NCBI GenBank assembly: GCA_947478465.1
Contig: CANJWH010000010.1
Span: 991 to 64,990, forward strand
Reading direction: 5' to 3'
DNA: 64,000 bases
Source of the DNA: Bacteroidota bacterium
Lineage (GTDB): Bacteria; Bacteroidota; Bacteroidia; SXHM01
The notes under the pieces are model-generated. The model saw nothing but the letters and a program-made list of their open reading frames with translations. It did no database searches and had not been told where the DNA came from. Below, piece after piece: positions 10,310 to 19,796 of this stretch (within the stretch, counting starts at the first letter, position 1; every line of letters begins with the position of its first letter). A program made the translations under genes and the position numbers.

Positions 10310-11038
10310 ATGCGAACGATAGAAATAACCACCACACAGAATGTAACCATTGAATATGAACTCGCTTCGTTTCGCGATCGCTTCTTTGCATTCTTCCTTG
10401 ATTTCTGGATTCTGAATTTTTCTATACTGCTTCTTTATCTTTTCTGGATGTGGGTTTTTGGCTTAGACAGCATCAACTATTTTCTGTATCTGGTTATACT
10501 TCCTATCTATCTTTTCTATTCGCCTGCAAGTGAAATTTGGATGAACGGACAATCATTGGGTAAAAAAGCAATTGGTATAAAAGTGGCGAAGCTAAATGGC
10601 AAACAACCCGTGATAAGTGATTATTTGATTCGCTGGGCTTTCAGGCTTGTTGACATTTGGTTTTCCTCAGGCACAATTGCTGCGGTGTTAGTAAACTCTA
10701 CTGTTCGTGGTCAAAGACTGGGTGATATGCTGGCACATACAACAGTTATTAAAACGCGTTCATCATTAAGCATTGAAATTGCAGACGTATTGAGAATAAA
10801 TACCCGCGAAAATTATGAGCCCAAATATCCCCAGGTTCGTGGGTTGAGTGAGAGCGATATGCTGCTGATAAAATCATTAATTGAACGCACCAAAAAATAT
10901 AACAATACGGCACACAAAGAAGCATTGGATATGTTAGTACAAAAACTGCGGGATGTTCTTAACATTGACGAAAAACCAAAAGATAAAGTTGCTTTTTTAA
11001 AAACGTTGCTGAATGATTATATAGTTCTCACCAGATGA
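10310..11038 (+). CDS. RDD-family membrane protein
   Basis: RDRFFAFFLD motif of the RDD domain plus transmembrane segments. Confidence 0.7.
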   Translation: MRTIEITTTQNVTIEYELASFRDRFFAFFLDFWILNFSILLLYLFWMWVFGLDSINYFLYLVILPIYLFYSPASEIWMNGQSLGKKAIGIKVAKLNGKQPVISDYLIRWAFRLVDIWFSSGTIAAVLVNSTVRGQRLGDMLAHTTVIKTRSSLSIEIADVLRINTRENYEPKYPQVRGLSESDMLLIKSLIERTKKYNNTAHKEALDMLVQKLRDVLNIDEKPKDKVAFLKTLLNDYIVLTR

Positions 11039-11799
11039 AACTGCTTTTCAAAATCATACAACCTGTTTATTCCATTTGGAGTTACCTGATTTTTTTTCTC
11101 TTCGTGGCAGTGAGCATTTTTATTACTCCGCTAATAATTATAGCAGGAGGTAAAAATTATATTCGCCCGCTGATGAGGTATTACCGCTTTTGGAGTGATG
11201 TATGGTTTGCGCTCAGTTTTATGAAACAGGATTTTACGGGCTATGAGAATATTGACCCCAACCTCGCTTATGTAGTTTCGGGTACACACTCTTCAACGCT
11301 GGATTTGTTTGCCTGTGGTTCGTCCATAAAAATGGCGTACAAAACTTTGGCTAAAGTGGAGACCGGAAAAATTCCTGTAGTAGGTTATCTATTTCGTGTT
11401 GCCTGTTTGTTTGTTGACCGCAGCAGCCCCGAAAGCCGCAAGGCAAGCATTGATAATATGATAAAGGAATTGCGCCAGGGAACTTCCATTCTTATTATGC
11501 CCGAAGGCACACGCAACCGCTCGGGCAAGCCGTTGAAAGAATTTCATGATGGAGCTTTCCGTATTGCAATAGAAACACAAACACCATTGCTGCCCATGGT
11601 GGTTTTAAACTGCCGCACGCTGATGCCGATGGATACGTTATTGGTTACACCCGGAACGGTGGGTGTGCGTTTTCTTAAACCGATTGAAACTACCGGCATG
11701 ACCGAAAAAGATATTCCAGCACTAAAGGACAAGGTTTACAAATTACAGGAAGAGGTGATTTTGAAGGAGGATTCTTTCTTTGAGTTAAGTAGGAATTAG
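11035..11799 (+). CDS. 1-acyl-sn-glycerol-3-phosphate acyltransferase-like (lysophospholipid acyltransferase)
   Basis: N-terminal TM segment, acyltransferase motifs (H-x4-D region; PEGTRNRSG), 4-nt overlap with the upstream gene. Confidence 0.78.
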   Translation: MKLLFKIIQPVYSIWSYLIFFLFVAVSIFITPLIIIAGGKNYIRPLMRYYRFWSDVWFALSFMKQDFTGYENIDPNLAYVVSGTHSSTLDLFACGSSIKMAYKTLAKVETGKIPVVGYLFRVACLFVDRSSPESRKASIDNMIKELRQGTSILIMPEGTRNRSGKPLKEFHDGAFRIAIETQTPLLPMVVLNCRTLMPMDTLLVTPGTVGVRFLKPIETTGMTEKDIPALKDKVYKLQEEVILKEDSFFELSRN

Positions 11800-11896
11800 G
11801 CAAGTAGCTAAATCCTATTTGGCTACTTGCCTATATGGCTTACCTTTGCGGCTAACCTCTATTTGGCTACTTGCCTAACTTCTACTTGGCTTAAAA

Positions 11897-12367
11897 ATGA
11901 TTACAATCTACACCGATGGCAGTGCACTTGGAAACCCCGGACCGGGTGGCTACGGTATTGTGCTTTTAAAAGATCATCACCGCAAAGAAGTTTCGCAGGG
12001 CTACCGATTGACTACAAACAACCGTATGGAACTGCTCAGCGTTATTGTTGCTTTGGAAATGATTAAAGTACCCAATAGTCAAATTACCATTTTTTCCGAT
12101 TCTAAATATGTAGTTGACTCGGTTGACAAGGGTTGGGTTTTTGGTTGGGTAAAAAAAGGCTTTAAAGACAAAAAAAATGTTGACCTCTGGAAACGCTTCC
12201 TTTTAATTTACCCCCAACACCATATAAAATTCAAGTGGGTAAAAGGTCATGCTGCCAACCCCTTAAATGAACGCTGCGACCAACTTGCAGTAGCTGCTTC
12301 CAACAGCAGAAATTTATTGGTAGATGAAGGGTATGAGGCTATCCGTAAAGCGGAAGGTTTGTTTTAG
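11897..12367 (+). CDS. rnhA: ribonuclease HI
   Basis: IYTDGSALGNPGPGGYG and MELLSVIVALE motifs; about 155 aa. Confidence 0.9.
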   Translation: MITIYTDGSALGNPGPGGYGIVLLKDHHRKEVSQGYRLTTNNRMELLSVIVALEMIKVPNSQITIFSDSKYVVDSVDKGWVFGWVKKGFKDKKNVDLWKRFLLIYPQHHIKFKWVKGHAANPLNERCDQLAVAASNSRNLLVDEGYEAIRKAEGLF

Positions 12368-12713
12368 CCACAGATTAGCACAGATTTTCTTCTATTTCCT
12401 ATGCATTTCAACCTCCATCCGCTATATAAAACCTCCTATCATGTAGTGATAATCTATGATTTTTTATAAAAAATTGAACATTAGTACATTTTGGGATGCT
12501 TCCAAATATTCATTTTTAAACTTATTATTGTTCTAAATTTAAGTTTATCATAATAAATTAAACATTAGTATATACTAAAATATAGTTTAATATAAAATAA
12601 TTAATAAAAGAATATAGTGTAATTTACTTTATTGTAAAAATATATATATTAGCATCCTTGTATTTAGTATTTTGTATTCAAAACTCAATTTTTAGCCCCT
12701 AAAACATAAAATA

Positions 12714-13649
12714 ATGTCAGCCGAGGCAAAGTTCTACCCTAAATCAAATCAAGGCCGCCTACAAGCGCTAATGATGGCGTTTATGCAAAACGCTAATGCA
12801 ACGGGCAATAATCCGCTAACACAACGTACAAAAGACCGTCTGAATGCTATATACCCAGAGTATAATAGCAAGATGCTGGCAATGCGTTCAAAAAAAGCAG
12901 AGTCAGCCGGCCTTATGGCTGAAAAAGAAAAGCTGCGTGAAAAAGTAGCCATGTATTGTTCTCATTTTATTCAGGTATTTAATATGTGTATAAGAAGGGG
13001 TGAGTATCCTGCAGGCGACCGCGCTTTTTACCAGTTGGCAGTTGAAAACGAAAAACTGCCCCCCCTTCAGTTAGAGCGTCAGGTTGCCAGAGTTGCCCAA
13101 AATATAATAAAGGGAGAGCAAATACGTGTAACACAAGGTGGTTCACCAATGAGCCGTCCTTCAGCCGATGAGATTGAGGATATTTTCATCATTTATAAAA
13201 ACCTGATATCCACCGGCAGCAATGCCAAAGATGCACTTGACAATGCACAGGAAGATTTGCAGCGCCTTAACAAAGAGGCCAATGGGGTGATAAAAAAAGT
13301 ATGGCATGAGGCAGAGGTTTTTTATAATGAACAGTCCCGTCCTTCTATGCGCGAACATGCCCGCAGATGGGGAGTAGAATATGCCCGCAAAGGCTACAAG
13401 AAAAAAATATACGGGACCGTTACCGATCACGAGACCGGTATGCCGCTTGAGCGTGTGCAAGTCAAATTATCCTCAGGTCGCAAAAAAATCATCACCTCTA
13501 TTGATGGCAAATTTGTACTTCCCACCTCGCTTATGGATGAACAAAAACTAACCGCAACACTTGCCGGCTACAAACATCTTGAAACAGAAATTACCCTTTA
13601 TGAAAATCGGGATACTGTCTGTAATATCAGGATTGTGAAAGTTGAGTAA
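12714..13649 (+). CDS. hypothetical protein with C-terminal carboxypeptidase-regulatory-like beta-sandwich
   Basis: No signal peptide. C-terminus GTVTDHETGMPLERVQVKL..IDGKFVL resembles a CarbopepD_reg-like domain. Preceded by a 350-bp very AT-rich region. Confidence 0.5.
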   Translation: MSAEAKFYPKSNQGRLQALMMAFMQNANATGNNPLTQRTKDRLNAIYPEYNSKMLAMRSKKAESAGLMAEKEKLREKVAMYCSHFIQVFNMCIRRGEYPAGDRAFYQLAVENEKLPPLQLERQVARVAQNIIKGEQIRVTQGGSPMSRPSADEIEDIFIIYKNLISTGSNAKDALDNAQEDLQRLNKEANGVIKKVWHEAEVFYNEQSRPSMREHARRWGVEYARKGYKKKIYGTVTDHETGMPLERVQVKLSSGRKKIITSIDGKFVLPTSLMDEQKLTATLAGYKHLETEITLYENRDTVCNIRIVKVE

Positions 13650-13690
13650 CCTCAAAAAACCTGCTACCCTTTGAGGGTTTTTTGAGGGTC
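13650..13690 (+). terminator. rho-independent terminator-like hairpin
   Basis: cctcaaaaaacc...gggttttttgaggg forms a 12-bp stem and is followed by a T-run. Confidence 0.6.
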
Positions 13691-13815
13691 AGACATTTTT
13701 GTGCCGGCTCTTTTGTGCCAATTTGTTGACTAAAATCACATTCTTTTCTGACTGCCATCATTGTCCGCAAAATGCGCTCTATACATCTTTGTGCTAAACC
13801 AAAAATATAATTATC

Positions 13816-14487
13816 ATGAAAAAAATCTTTTCAATTGCGCTCACAGCAGTGTTGCTTACCTCACTAAATTCCTGTAAAAAGGACTCGCCCGAAGGTCCCA
13901 ACGATTTAGGAGGCGAAACTAATATTGAGCTTACACAGGTAGGCAATGTTTCGTCAGCCTATATGAAGTTTGGTAGTATGAATTTACCCTCTGGAGAAAT
14001 GACGGTTACCAGCAATGACAATGGAATAGTTACTTACCATATGTTTGTTGACCTTACCGGCTCGCCCGACTCTGCAATGTTGGCAGGCGTTATACCCGAT
14101 TCGTATAAAGATGCCGATGGAAATGTGTCAACAGAATTTACGTTCAAAATTACTTCAGAAGGTGTTCAGGATATATTTAAACGCGACCGTCCTTGGACGA
14201 TTGTAAAATATGATGATGAAGTAGGTACAACCTACCCATTCACTACTGATAACGGAACCGAATTGGTGCGTACCATTACCGAAAAAACCGGGCAGGACGA
14301 TTGGCCAATGGGTTTTATGTACATCAAAACCTCTAAGGTTGAACAACTTTTGCCGCCAACAGACAAGACTGCTGAAAAAATAACCTTCCGCGCTAACCAC
14401 AAATTTGGTCTTGTTTACATCGAACTTCAGTTGAAAAATGGAGGAGGCACAGCCAGTATAGATATTGTTCCCTGGTTTCTGCTTTAA
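13816..14487 (+). CDS. hypothetical lipoprotein
   Basis: Lipobox LTSLNSC after an N-terminal signal. No known catalytic motif. Confidence 0.55.
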   Translation: MKKIFSIALTAVLLTSLNSCKKDSPEGPNDLGGETNIELTQVGNVSSAYMKFGSMNLPSGEMTVTSNDNGIVTYHMFVDLTGSPDSAMLAGVIPDSYKDADGNVSTEFTFKITSEGVQDIFKRDRPWTIVKYDDEVGTTYPFTTDNGTELVRTITEKTGQDDWPMGFMYIKTSKVEQLLPPTDKTAEKITFRANHKFGLVYIELQLKNGGGTASIDIVPWFLL

Positions 14488-14558
14488 TTCATAGTTTTAA
14501 AAATAAAAAGAGCAGTCCCGCCAAAGGTGGAACGGCTCTTTTTATTTTTAACAGTTAT

Positions 14559-14906
14559 TTACTGTTTTGTTGCAGTTTTCCCTAAAAACAACAACTCATT
14601 TACCACAATCTCGGTGATGTATTTTTTCTCACCTTCTTTAGATGTGTAGTTGCGTGAAGTCAGTTTACCTTCAATAGCTACCTCGCTGCCTTTGGTCAGA
14701 TATTTTTGCGCAAGCTCTGCGGTTTTTCCCCAGGCAACCAGATTGTGCCAGCAGGTTTCGGTTACTTTTTCGCCTTTTGCGTTGGTAAAAGTTTCGTTGG
14801 TGGCAAGCGCAATACGTGCTACTTTTTTACCTTTCTCAAATTCTTTCACTTCAGGAGTTGCTCCCAGATTTCCGATTAAGCGTACGCTGTTTCTTAATGT
14901 GTTCAT
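14559..14906 (-). CDS. ssb: single-stranded DNA-binding protein (short form, no acidic tail)
   Basis: OB-fold SSB similarity (RLIGNLGATPEV...WHNLVAWGKTAE). Only 115 aa and ends without a DDDIPF-type tail. Confidence 0.82.
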   Translation of the reverse strand: MNTLRNSVRLIGNLGATPEVKEFEKGKKVARIALATNETFTNAKGEKVTETCWHNLVAWGKTAELAQKYLTKGSEVAIEGKLTSRNYTSKEGEKKYITEIVVNELLFLGKTATKQ

Positions 14907-15072
14907 GATGTTTTTGTTTTTTAGTTAAACGTGAATTTTGTTTTGTCATTGTTGACGGCACAAAGGAACATCCACCCCAAACCGAAAGGCGGAAAGTATC
15001 CGTTTACTTCTGAAAATAAACGTGTATAGCCGTTTGTAAACGGATAAATAGTTATACATTTACACAAATAAG

Positions 15073-15453
15073 TTGCTGAAAATGAAAGAAGAGAAACAAT
15101 GTCTTGAATGTGGCGAACATTTAAAAGGCCGTGCCGACAAAAAATTCTGTGACGACCAGTGTCGCAGTAATTACAACAACAAAGCCAACAGCGATACCAC
15201 TGCAGAAATGCGCAACGTAAACAACATTTTGCGCAAAAACCGCAGAATACTCAGCACCATCGTTTCGCCCGATGGCAAAGGAAAAATCAGCAAAGCAAAA
15301 CTAACCGACAAAGGATTTAATTTCAAATACCACACCCATACTCACACGACTTTAAAAGGAAGCACTTACAAACTGTGCTACGATTATGGATATTTGCCCA
15401 TTGAAAATGATTTCATCATGGTTGTAAAATGGGACGCGGGGTTTAAGCAATGA
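15073..15453 (+). CDS. hypothetical protein with N-terminal zinc-ribbon-like CxxC...CxxC
   Basis: CLECGEH...CDDQCRS four-Cys motif, basic middle region. Unknown function. Confidence 0.45.
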   Translation: MLKMKEEKQCLECGEHLKGRADKKFCDDQCRSNYNNKANSDTTAEMRNVNNILRKNRRILSTIVSPDGKGKISKAKLTDKGFNFKYHTHTHTTLKGSTYKLCYDYGYLPIENDFIMVVKWDAGFKQ

Positions 15454-17303
15454 AAATAACGTTTAATCTAGGTTCCGCTTTCACTATTATCTTCATTTTA
15501 TTTCTTGCAGTTTTCACTTTCCCCGAATTTGATCCTGTCATCGGACTTGGCTTAGATCAGGGCTATGTTTTTTGCTTCAACTATTTTTTCAATCAGGGAA
15601 TTTCACATGGCACTGATGCTATTTTCAGTTACGGTCCTTTAGGTTTTATACGCTTTCCGCTGCTGATAGGAAATAATTATCTGCTTACGTTTTGTTTCAC
15701 GTTTGCTTTTCAACTGCTTTTTTTGTGGCTTATTTTTCAGGCTGCACGACACGTAAACGAAAAAAATATTTGGCTTGCCTTCATTGCTGCTTTATTGCTA
15801 AGCGCCAACCTGCGCATTGACGAAAAAATGATGGGTTGTGTGGCGTTTGCGTTGGTGCTGCATTCCACTTCGCGCAAAAATTATTTTCTGATAATTGCGG
15901 CTGTTGTTACCGCACTTTCGTTTTTTGTAAAGCTGAACATTGCAGCAGCTGCTGTAATGATGGCGTCATCGTATCTGGTTCTTGATTTTATCCGGAATAA
16001 AAAATTCAAGAATCTTTTAATCACTCTTGGAGTTGGTTTTAGTATTTATTTTTTCTTGTGGTTTGCCATCAATCATAATTTATATGGCAGCTTGCTACAC
16101 CTTCGCAACTGGTTTTTCATCAGCAACGGAAACCTTGGTGCTACTTCAGTAAATGCACCTAACGATAAAACTCTACTCTCGTTGATGCTCATTTTTCTTG
16201 CCGGATATTGGCACTTGTTCCGCAGCAAAAATGTAAATACTGTGTACGTGATTTTTGCGTTTGCATTGTGGGCAGTATTTCGGTATTCCATTGCCCGTGA
16301 AGAGAATCATCATGCAATGGCATTTTTTAATTTCCTGATTTTATTTGGTGGAACTTTGTTTCTTGCTGATGAAAAGATCGGTGGTCTGCGGATTGCTATT
16401 CTTATTGCTATTCCTTATTTATATTATCAAAATATAAAACAGACCGGGCATTTTCACATGGAATGGAAAATCAAACATGGAGGAATTGCCAATTTCAAAA
16501 GAGCGATAAATATTTTTCGCGATGGGGAAGAGGAGTTCAACAAACAATCGCAACAAAATCTTGCTGCTGTTGTGTTAGCCGACAGCGCCCGAAAAATTAT
16601 TAGTAATAATACCGTTGATATTTTCCCTTGGGAAACAAGTTATGTTGCTGCCAATAAACTGAACTACAGAAACCGTCCGCTCTTTCAATTGGGTTGTGTA
16701 AACAGTGCTGTTCTGGATAAAGTAAATGCAGATTTTCTGCAATCAGAAAAAGCGCCCCTCTATTACATCTGGACCAAACAAAACTGGTGGGGACAGGAAA
16801 TGAGCAGCATAGATTTCCGCTACATTTTAAGCGATGATGGCCAGGTAAATTTTGCAATCATGAATAATTACTCACAGATATATGAAGATGAAAAAGTGCG
16901 CATTCTTAAACGCACAGAGAAAGAAAAATTAGCAGTTGAAAAATTCAATCACACAAATACTATCAATTGGAACGAGTGGACTCTACTTCCTGAATTAGCA
17001 AACGGAATTGCCTTGCGCATGAAGTTCAACATTGACAGAACATTCGTGGGAAAACTCAAGCATTCATTTTATAAAGAGCCTGAATATTATATGCTCTATC
17101 AATTACAAAACGACAGCATTAAAAAACATCGGCTAATAGTACAAAACACTGAAAGCGGAATTTGGGCTGCACCTTATTTAACGCAATACAGCGATAGCCT
17201 GAAAGGTGAAAAAGTAAAAGCAATTAAGTTTGTTTATACCGACCGCGAGTTTATTTACAAGCCGCAGTTCAGTGTGGAATGGGAGCAGATAAAAGTAAAA
17301 TAA
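15450..17303 (+). CDS. polytopic membrane protein of unknown function
   Basis: About 12 predicted hydrophobic helices in the N-terminal 330 aa and a soluble C-terminal domain. 4-nt overlap with the upstream gene. Confidence 0.6.
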   Translation: MKITFNLGSAFTIIFILFLAVFTFPEFDPVIGLGLDQGYVFCFNYFFNQGISHGTDAIFSYGPLGFIRFPLLIGNNYLLTFCFTFAFQLLFLWLIFQAARHVNEKNIWLAFIAALLLSANLRIDEKMMGCVAFALVLHSTSRKNYFLIIAAVVTALSFFVKLNIAAAAVMMASSYLVLDFIRNKKFKNLLITLGVGFSIYFFLWFAINHNLYGSLLHLRNWFFISNGNLGATSVNAPNDKTLLSLMLIFLAGYWHLFRSKNVNTVYVIFAFALWAVFRYSIAREENHHAMAFFNFLILFGGTLFLADEKIGGLRIAILIAIPYLYYQNIKQTGHFHMEWKIKHGGIANFKRAINIFRDGEEEFNKQSQQNLAAVVLADSARKIISNNTVDIFPWETSYVAANKLNYRNRPLFQLGCVNSAVLDKVNADFLQSEKAPLYYIWTKQNWWGQEMSSIDFRYILSDDGQVNFAIMNNYSQIYEDEKVRILKRTEKEKLAVEKFNHTNTINWNEWTLLPELANGIALRMKFNIDRTFVGKLKHSFYKEPEYYMLYQLQNDSIKKHRLIVQNTESGIWAAPYLTQYSDSLKGEKVKAIKFVYTDREFIYKPQFSVEWEQIKVK

Positions 17304-17336
17304 AAGAGCCCCGCAATCTGCGGGGCTCTTTTATTT
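17303..17336. terminator. bidirectional rho-independent terminator
   Basis: aaaagagccccgcaatctgcggggctctttt is a perfect 11-bp GC-rich stem flanked by A-run and T-run, between convergent genes. Confidence 0.85.
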
Positions 17337-17350
17337 TTATGTATTACAAC

Positions 17351-17953
17351 TTACGCCTTTTTCAAATTCGCAGCTACTTCATCCCAGTTAATTACATTCC
17401 AGAAAGCGCCAATGTAATCAGGTCTGCGGTTTTGGTAGTGTAGGTAATACGCATGTTCCCATACATCAAGACCAAGAATAGGAGTTCCTTTTACTTCAGC
17501 AATATCCATCAAAGGATTATCCTGATTAGGTGAAGAGGTAACAACTAATTTACCGTCATGCACCAATAGCCAAGCCCATCCCGAGCCAAAGCGTGTTGCA
17601 CCTGCATTGTTAAATTGTTCTTTAAATGTATCAAACGATCCGAAGTCGCGGTTGATAGCAGCAGCTAAATCTCCTGTTGGCAATCCACCACCTCCGGGTT
17701 TCATCACTTTCCAGAACAGACTGTGGTTATAGTGCCCGCCACCGTTGTTGCGCACAGCAGCTGATACTTTTGAAATGTTTTTCAAAATCTCTTCAATGCT
17801 TTGCGAAGCCAGCGGAGTTCCTTCAATAGCTTTGTTCAGGTTAGTAACATATGCGTTGTGATGTTTGCTGTGATGGATTTCCATTGTGCGTGCATCAATA
17901 TGCGGCTCCAACGCAGCATATTCATAAGGAAGTTTTGGTAATTCAAATGCCAT
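17351..17953 (-). CDS. sodA: Fe/Mn superoxide dismutase
   Basis: HHSKHH and DVWEHAYYL motifs; 200 aa. Confidence 0.92.
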   Translation of the reverse strand: MAFELPKLPYEYAALEPHIDARTMEIHHSKHHNAYVTNLNKAIEGTPLASQSIEEILKNISKVSAAVRNNGGGHYNHSLFWKVMKPGGGGLPTGDLAAAINRDFGSFDTFKEQFNNAGATRFGSGWAWLLVHDGKLVVTSSPNQDNPLMDIAEVKGTPILGLDVWEHAYYLHYQNRRPDYIGAFWNVINWDEVAANLKKA

Positions 17954-18069
17954 GATATTTTAGTTTTTAAGGGTTAGTAATTTTTAAGAGGCTTCAAAGA
18001 TAGAACTCTGTGAAAACAAATTCAAACTTAATGAAATGATAACACCTCAAGCCTGAAAAAGTTTTATTT

Positions 18070-18243
18070 CTAACCTTTAGCAGTGCTTATCTTCTTGTTC
18101 ATTTCTCTTCCGTTGCTGAACAAACCACCGGCATAATAAAAGTCGGCATCAGCTAAGACTAAGAATCTTGCTTCCAGTTTTTCTATTTGTGCTAACAGAC
18201 GCTGTTTAACTGCAAGTTGAGTCGTTTTAGTAGTTTTACTCAT
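18070..18243 (-). CDS. small hypothetical protein (57 aa), speculative
   Basis: ORF only, starting MSKTTKTTQ. No similarity recognised. Lies in a 490-bp gap between sodA and the next gene. Confidence 0.25.
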   Translation of the reverse strand: MSKTTKTTQLAVKQRLLAQIEKLEARFLVLADADFYYAGGLFSNGREMNKKISTAKG

Positions 18244-18442
18244 GTTATTATTTGTTTTTAAGTTGTATTCGTGAGACTTCGTGTTCATTGTTTTATGTTT
18301 TAATGAATTATCAGACTGCAAAGATGTATTGTCTTTAAAGCAATAGTGTTGCACAATTCCTTAATAGACTTGTATCATTCACACATTCTTCTGCTATTAG
18401 TATTACTGAATACTTATTTTTGGCTGCACTAAAAACACAATC

Positions 18443-19792
18443 ATGGCAGACTTTATACTTGAATACGGACACAAACCCGGATGGAAATCAATTTTCAATT
18501 TGCTTGGAATTACAGTTCCTCCGCGACTGAAACGTTTAAAAGGCAGTTGGAAAAAACAAATCCTTGCCGGTAAAAAAGTAGTGACTTCAACAGGTGGGAT
18601 TAATTCTTTCGTTATCAGAAATATCTATGATGAACTAGGCGGCCATGCTTTAATAAATTCTCTTCCTGCCGAAGACCGCGCAGATGTTTTGTTGTTTGAT
18701 GCAACAGGAATCGAATCCGTTGCCCAACTGAAATTACTCTATGGTTTTTTTCATGCTAATGCAGGGAAGCTGGCTAATAATTCACGCGTTGTTATAATCA
18801 GTCTTAACCCCACAGGAAGTGCAGAACATGTTTCTGCACAACAAGCGATAGAAGGTTTTTCGCGTTCAGTTGCAAAAGAAGTTGGCAGAAAAGGAGCTAC
18901 AGTAAATCTTGTGCGTTTGGAAAATAAAAACGCAACAGAGCAACAACTTTTACCTGTTTTGAATTTTCTTTTTTCAGAAGCATCTGCATTTGTAACGGCA
19001 CAGGTTTTCAGAATCAATTCAACAGGAAATGTTCCGCAAATTATTCCTTTGGAAAATTCGCTTACAGGAAAAATTGCATTGGTAACAGGCGCTGCACGCG
19101 GCATTGGCGAAGCCACTGCACGCAAACTTGCTGCTGAAGGCGCAACCGTTATTGTGCTCGACAGACCGGAAGATTCAGAGGCAGGAAAAAAAGTTGCCGA
19201 CTCCATTAACGGAAAATTTCTTGCTGCTGATATGAGTAAAGAAGAGTCTGCAACAATCATAAATGATTACCTTAAAAAAGAATTTAATGGTGTTGATATT
19301 GTAATTCACAATGCAGGAATTACACGCGATAAAACCATTGCAAAAATGGATGAAAAATATTGGGATATGGTGTTGAATGTAAATCTGCAAGCGCTCATCA
19401 GAACCAATAATCTGTTGCTGAAATCAGGAACCATCCGCAACAACGGACGAATTGTTTGTCTTTCTTCCATCTCTGGTTTTTCAGGCAATTTCGGACAGAC
19501 AAATTATTCTGCAACTAAAGCAGGAATCATTGGTTATGTAAAAGCATTAGCTGAAGAACAAGCGGCAAACAACATTACTTCAAACGCAGTTGCTCCAGGT
19601 TTTATTGAAACCAAAATGACAGCAAAAATGCCTTTGTTCACCAAAATGGGCGGACGCAGATTGAGCAACTTAAACCAAGGCGGTTTAGCTGAAGATGTGG
19701 CTGATATGATTACTTTCCTCTCCTCACCGGGTGCGGCAGGTATTAATGGACAAACCCTGCGGGTTTGCGGAGGAAGTTATATCGGAGCGTAA
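18443..19792 (+). CDS. high-molecular-weight 3-oxoacyl-ACP reductase-like SDR (FabG4-like two-domain protein)
   Basis: C-terminal classical SDR (TGAARGIGEA, NAGITRD, YSATKAG). A further N-terminal 200-aa Rossmann-like domain gives a two-domain architecture of about 450 aa, as in the HMW FabG family. Confidence 0.75.
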   Translation: MADFILEYGHKPGWKSIFNLLGITVPPRLKRLKGSWKKQILAGKKVVTSTGGINSFVIRNIYDELGGHALINSLPAEDRADVLLFDATGIESVAQLKLLYGFFHANAGKLANNSRVVIISLNPTGSAEHVSAQQAIEGFSRSVAKEVGRKGATVNLVRLENKNATEQQLLPVLNFLFSEASAFVTAQVFRINSTGNVPQIIPLENSLTGKIALVTGAARGIGEATARKLAAEGATVIVLDRPEDSEAGKKVADSINGKFLAADMSKEESATIINDYLKKEFNGVDIVIHNAGITRDKTIAKMDEKYWDMVLNVNLQALIRTNNLLLKSGTIRNNGRIVCLSSISGFSGNFGQTNYSATKAGIIGYVKALAEEQAANNITSNAVAPGFIETKMTAKMPLFTKMGGRRLSNLNQGGLAEDVADMITFLSSPGAAGINGQTLRVCGGSYIGA

Positions 19793-19796
19793 AGTT

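Noticed and set aside
18751-19260. 169-aa minus-strand ORF
   Set aside because: Antisense to the SDR reductase gene with an Ala/Ser-rich low-complexity translation.
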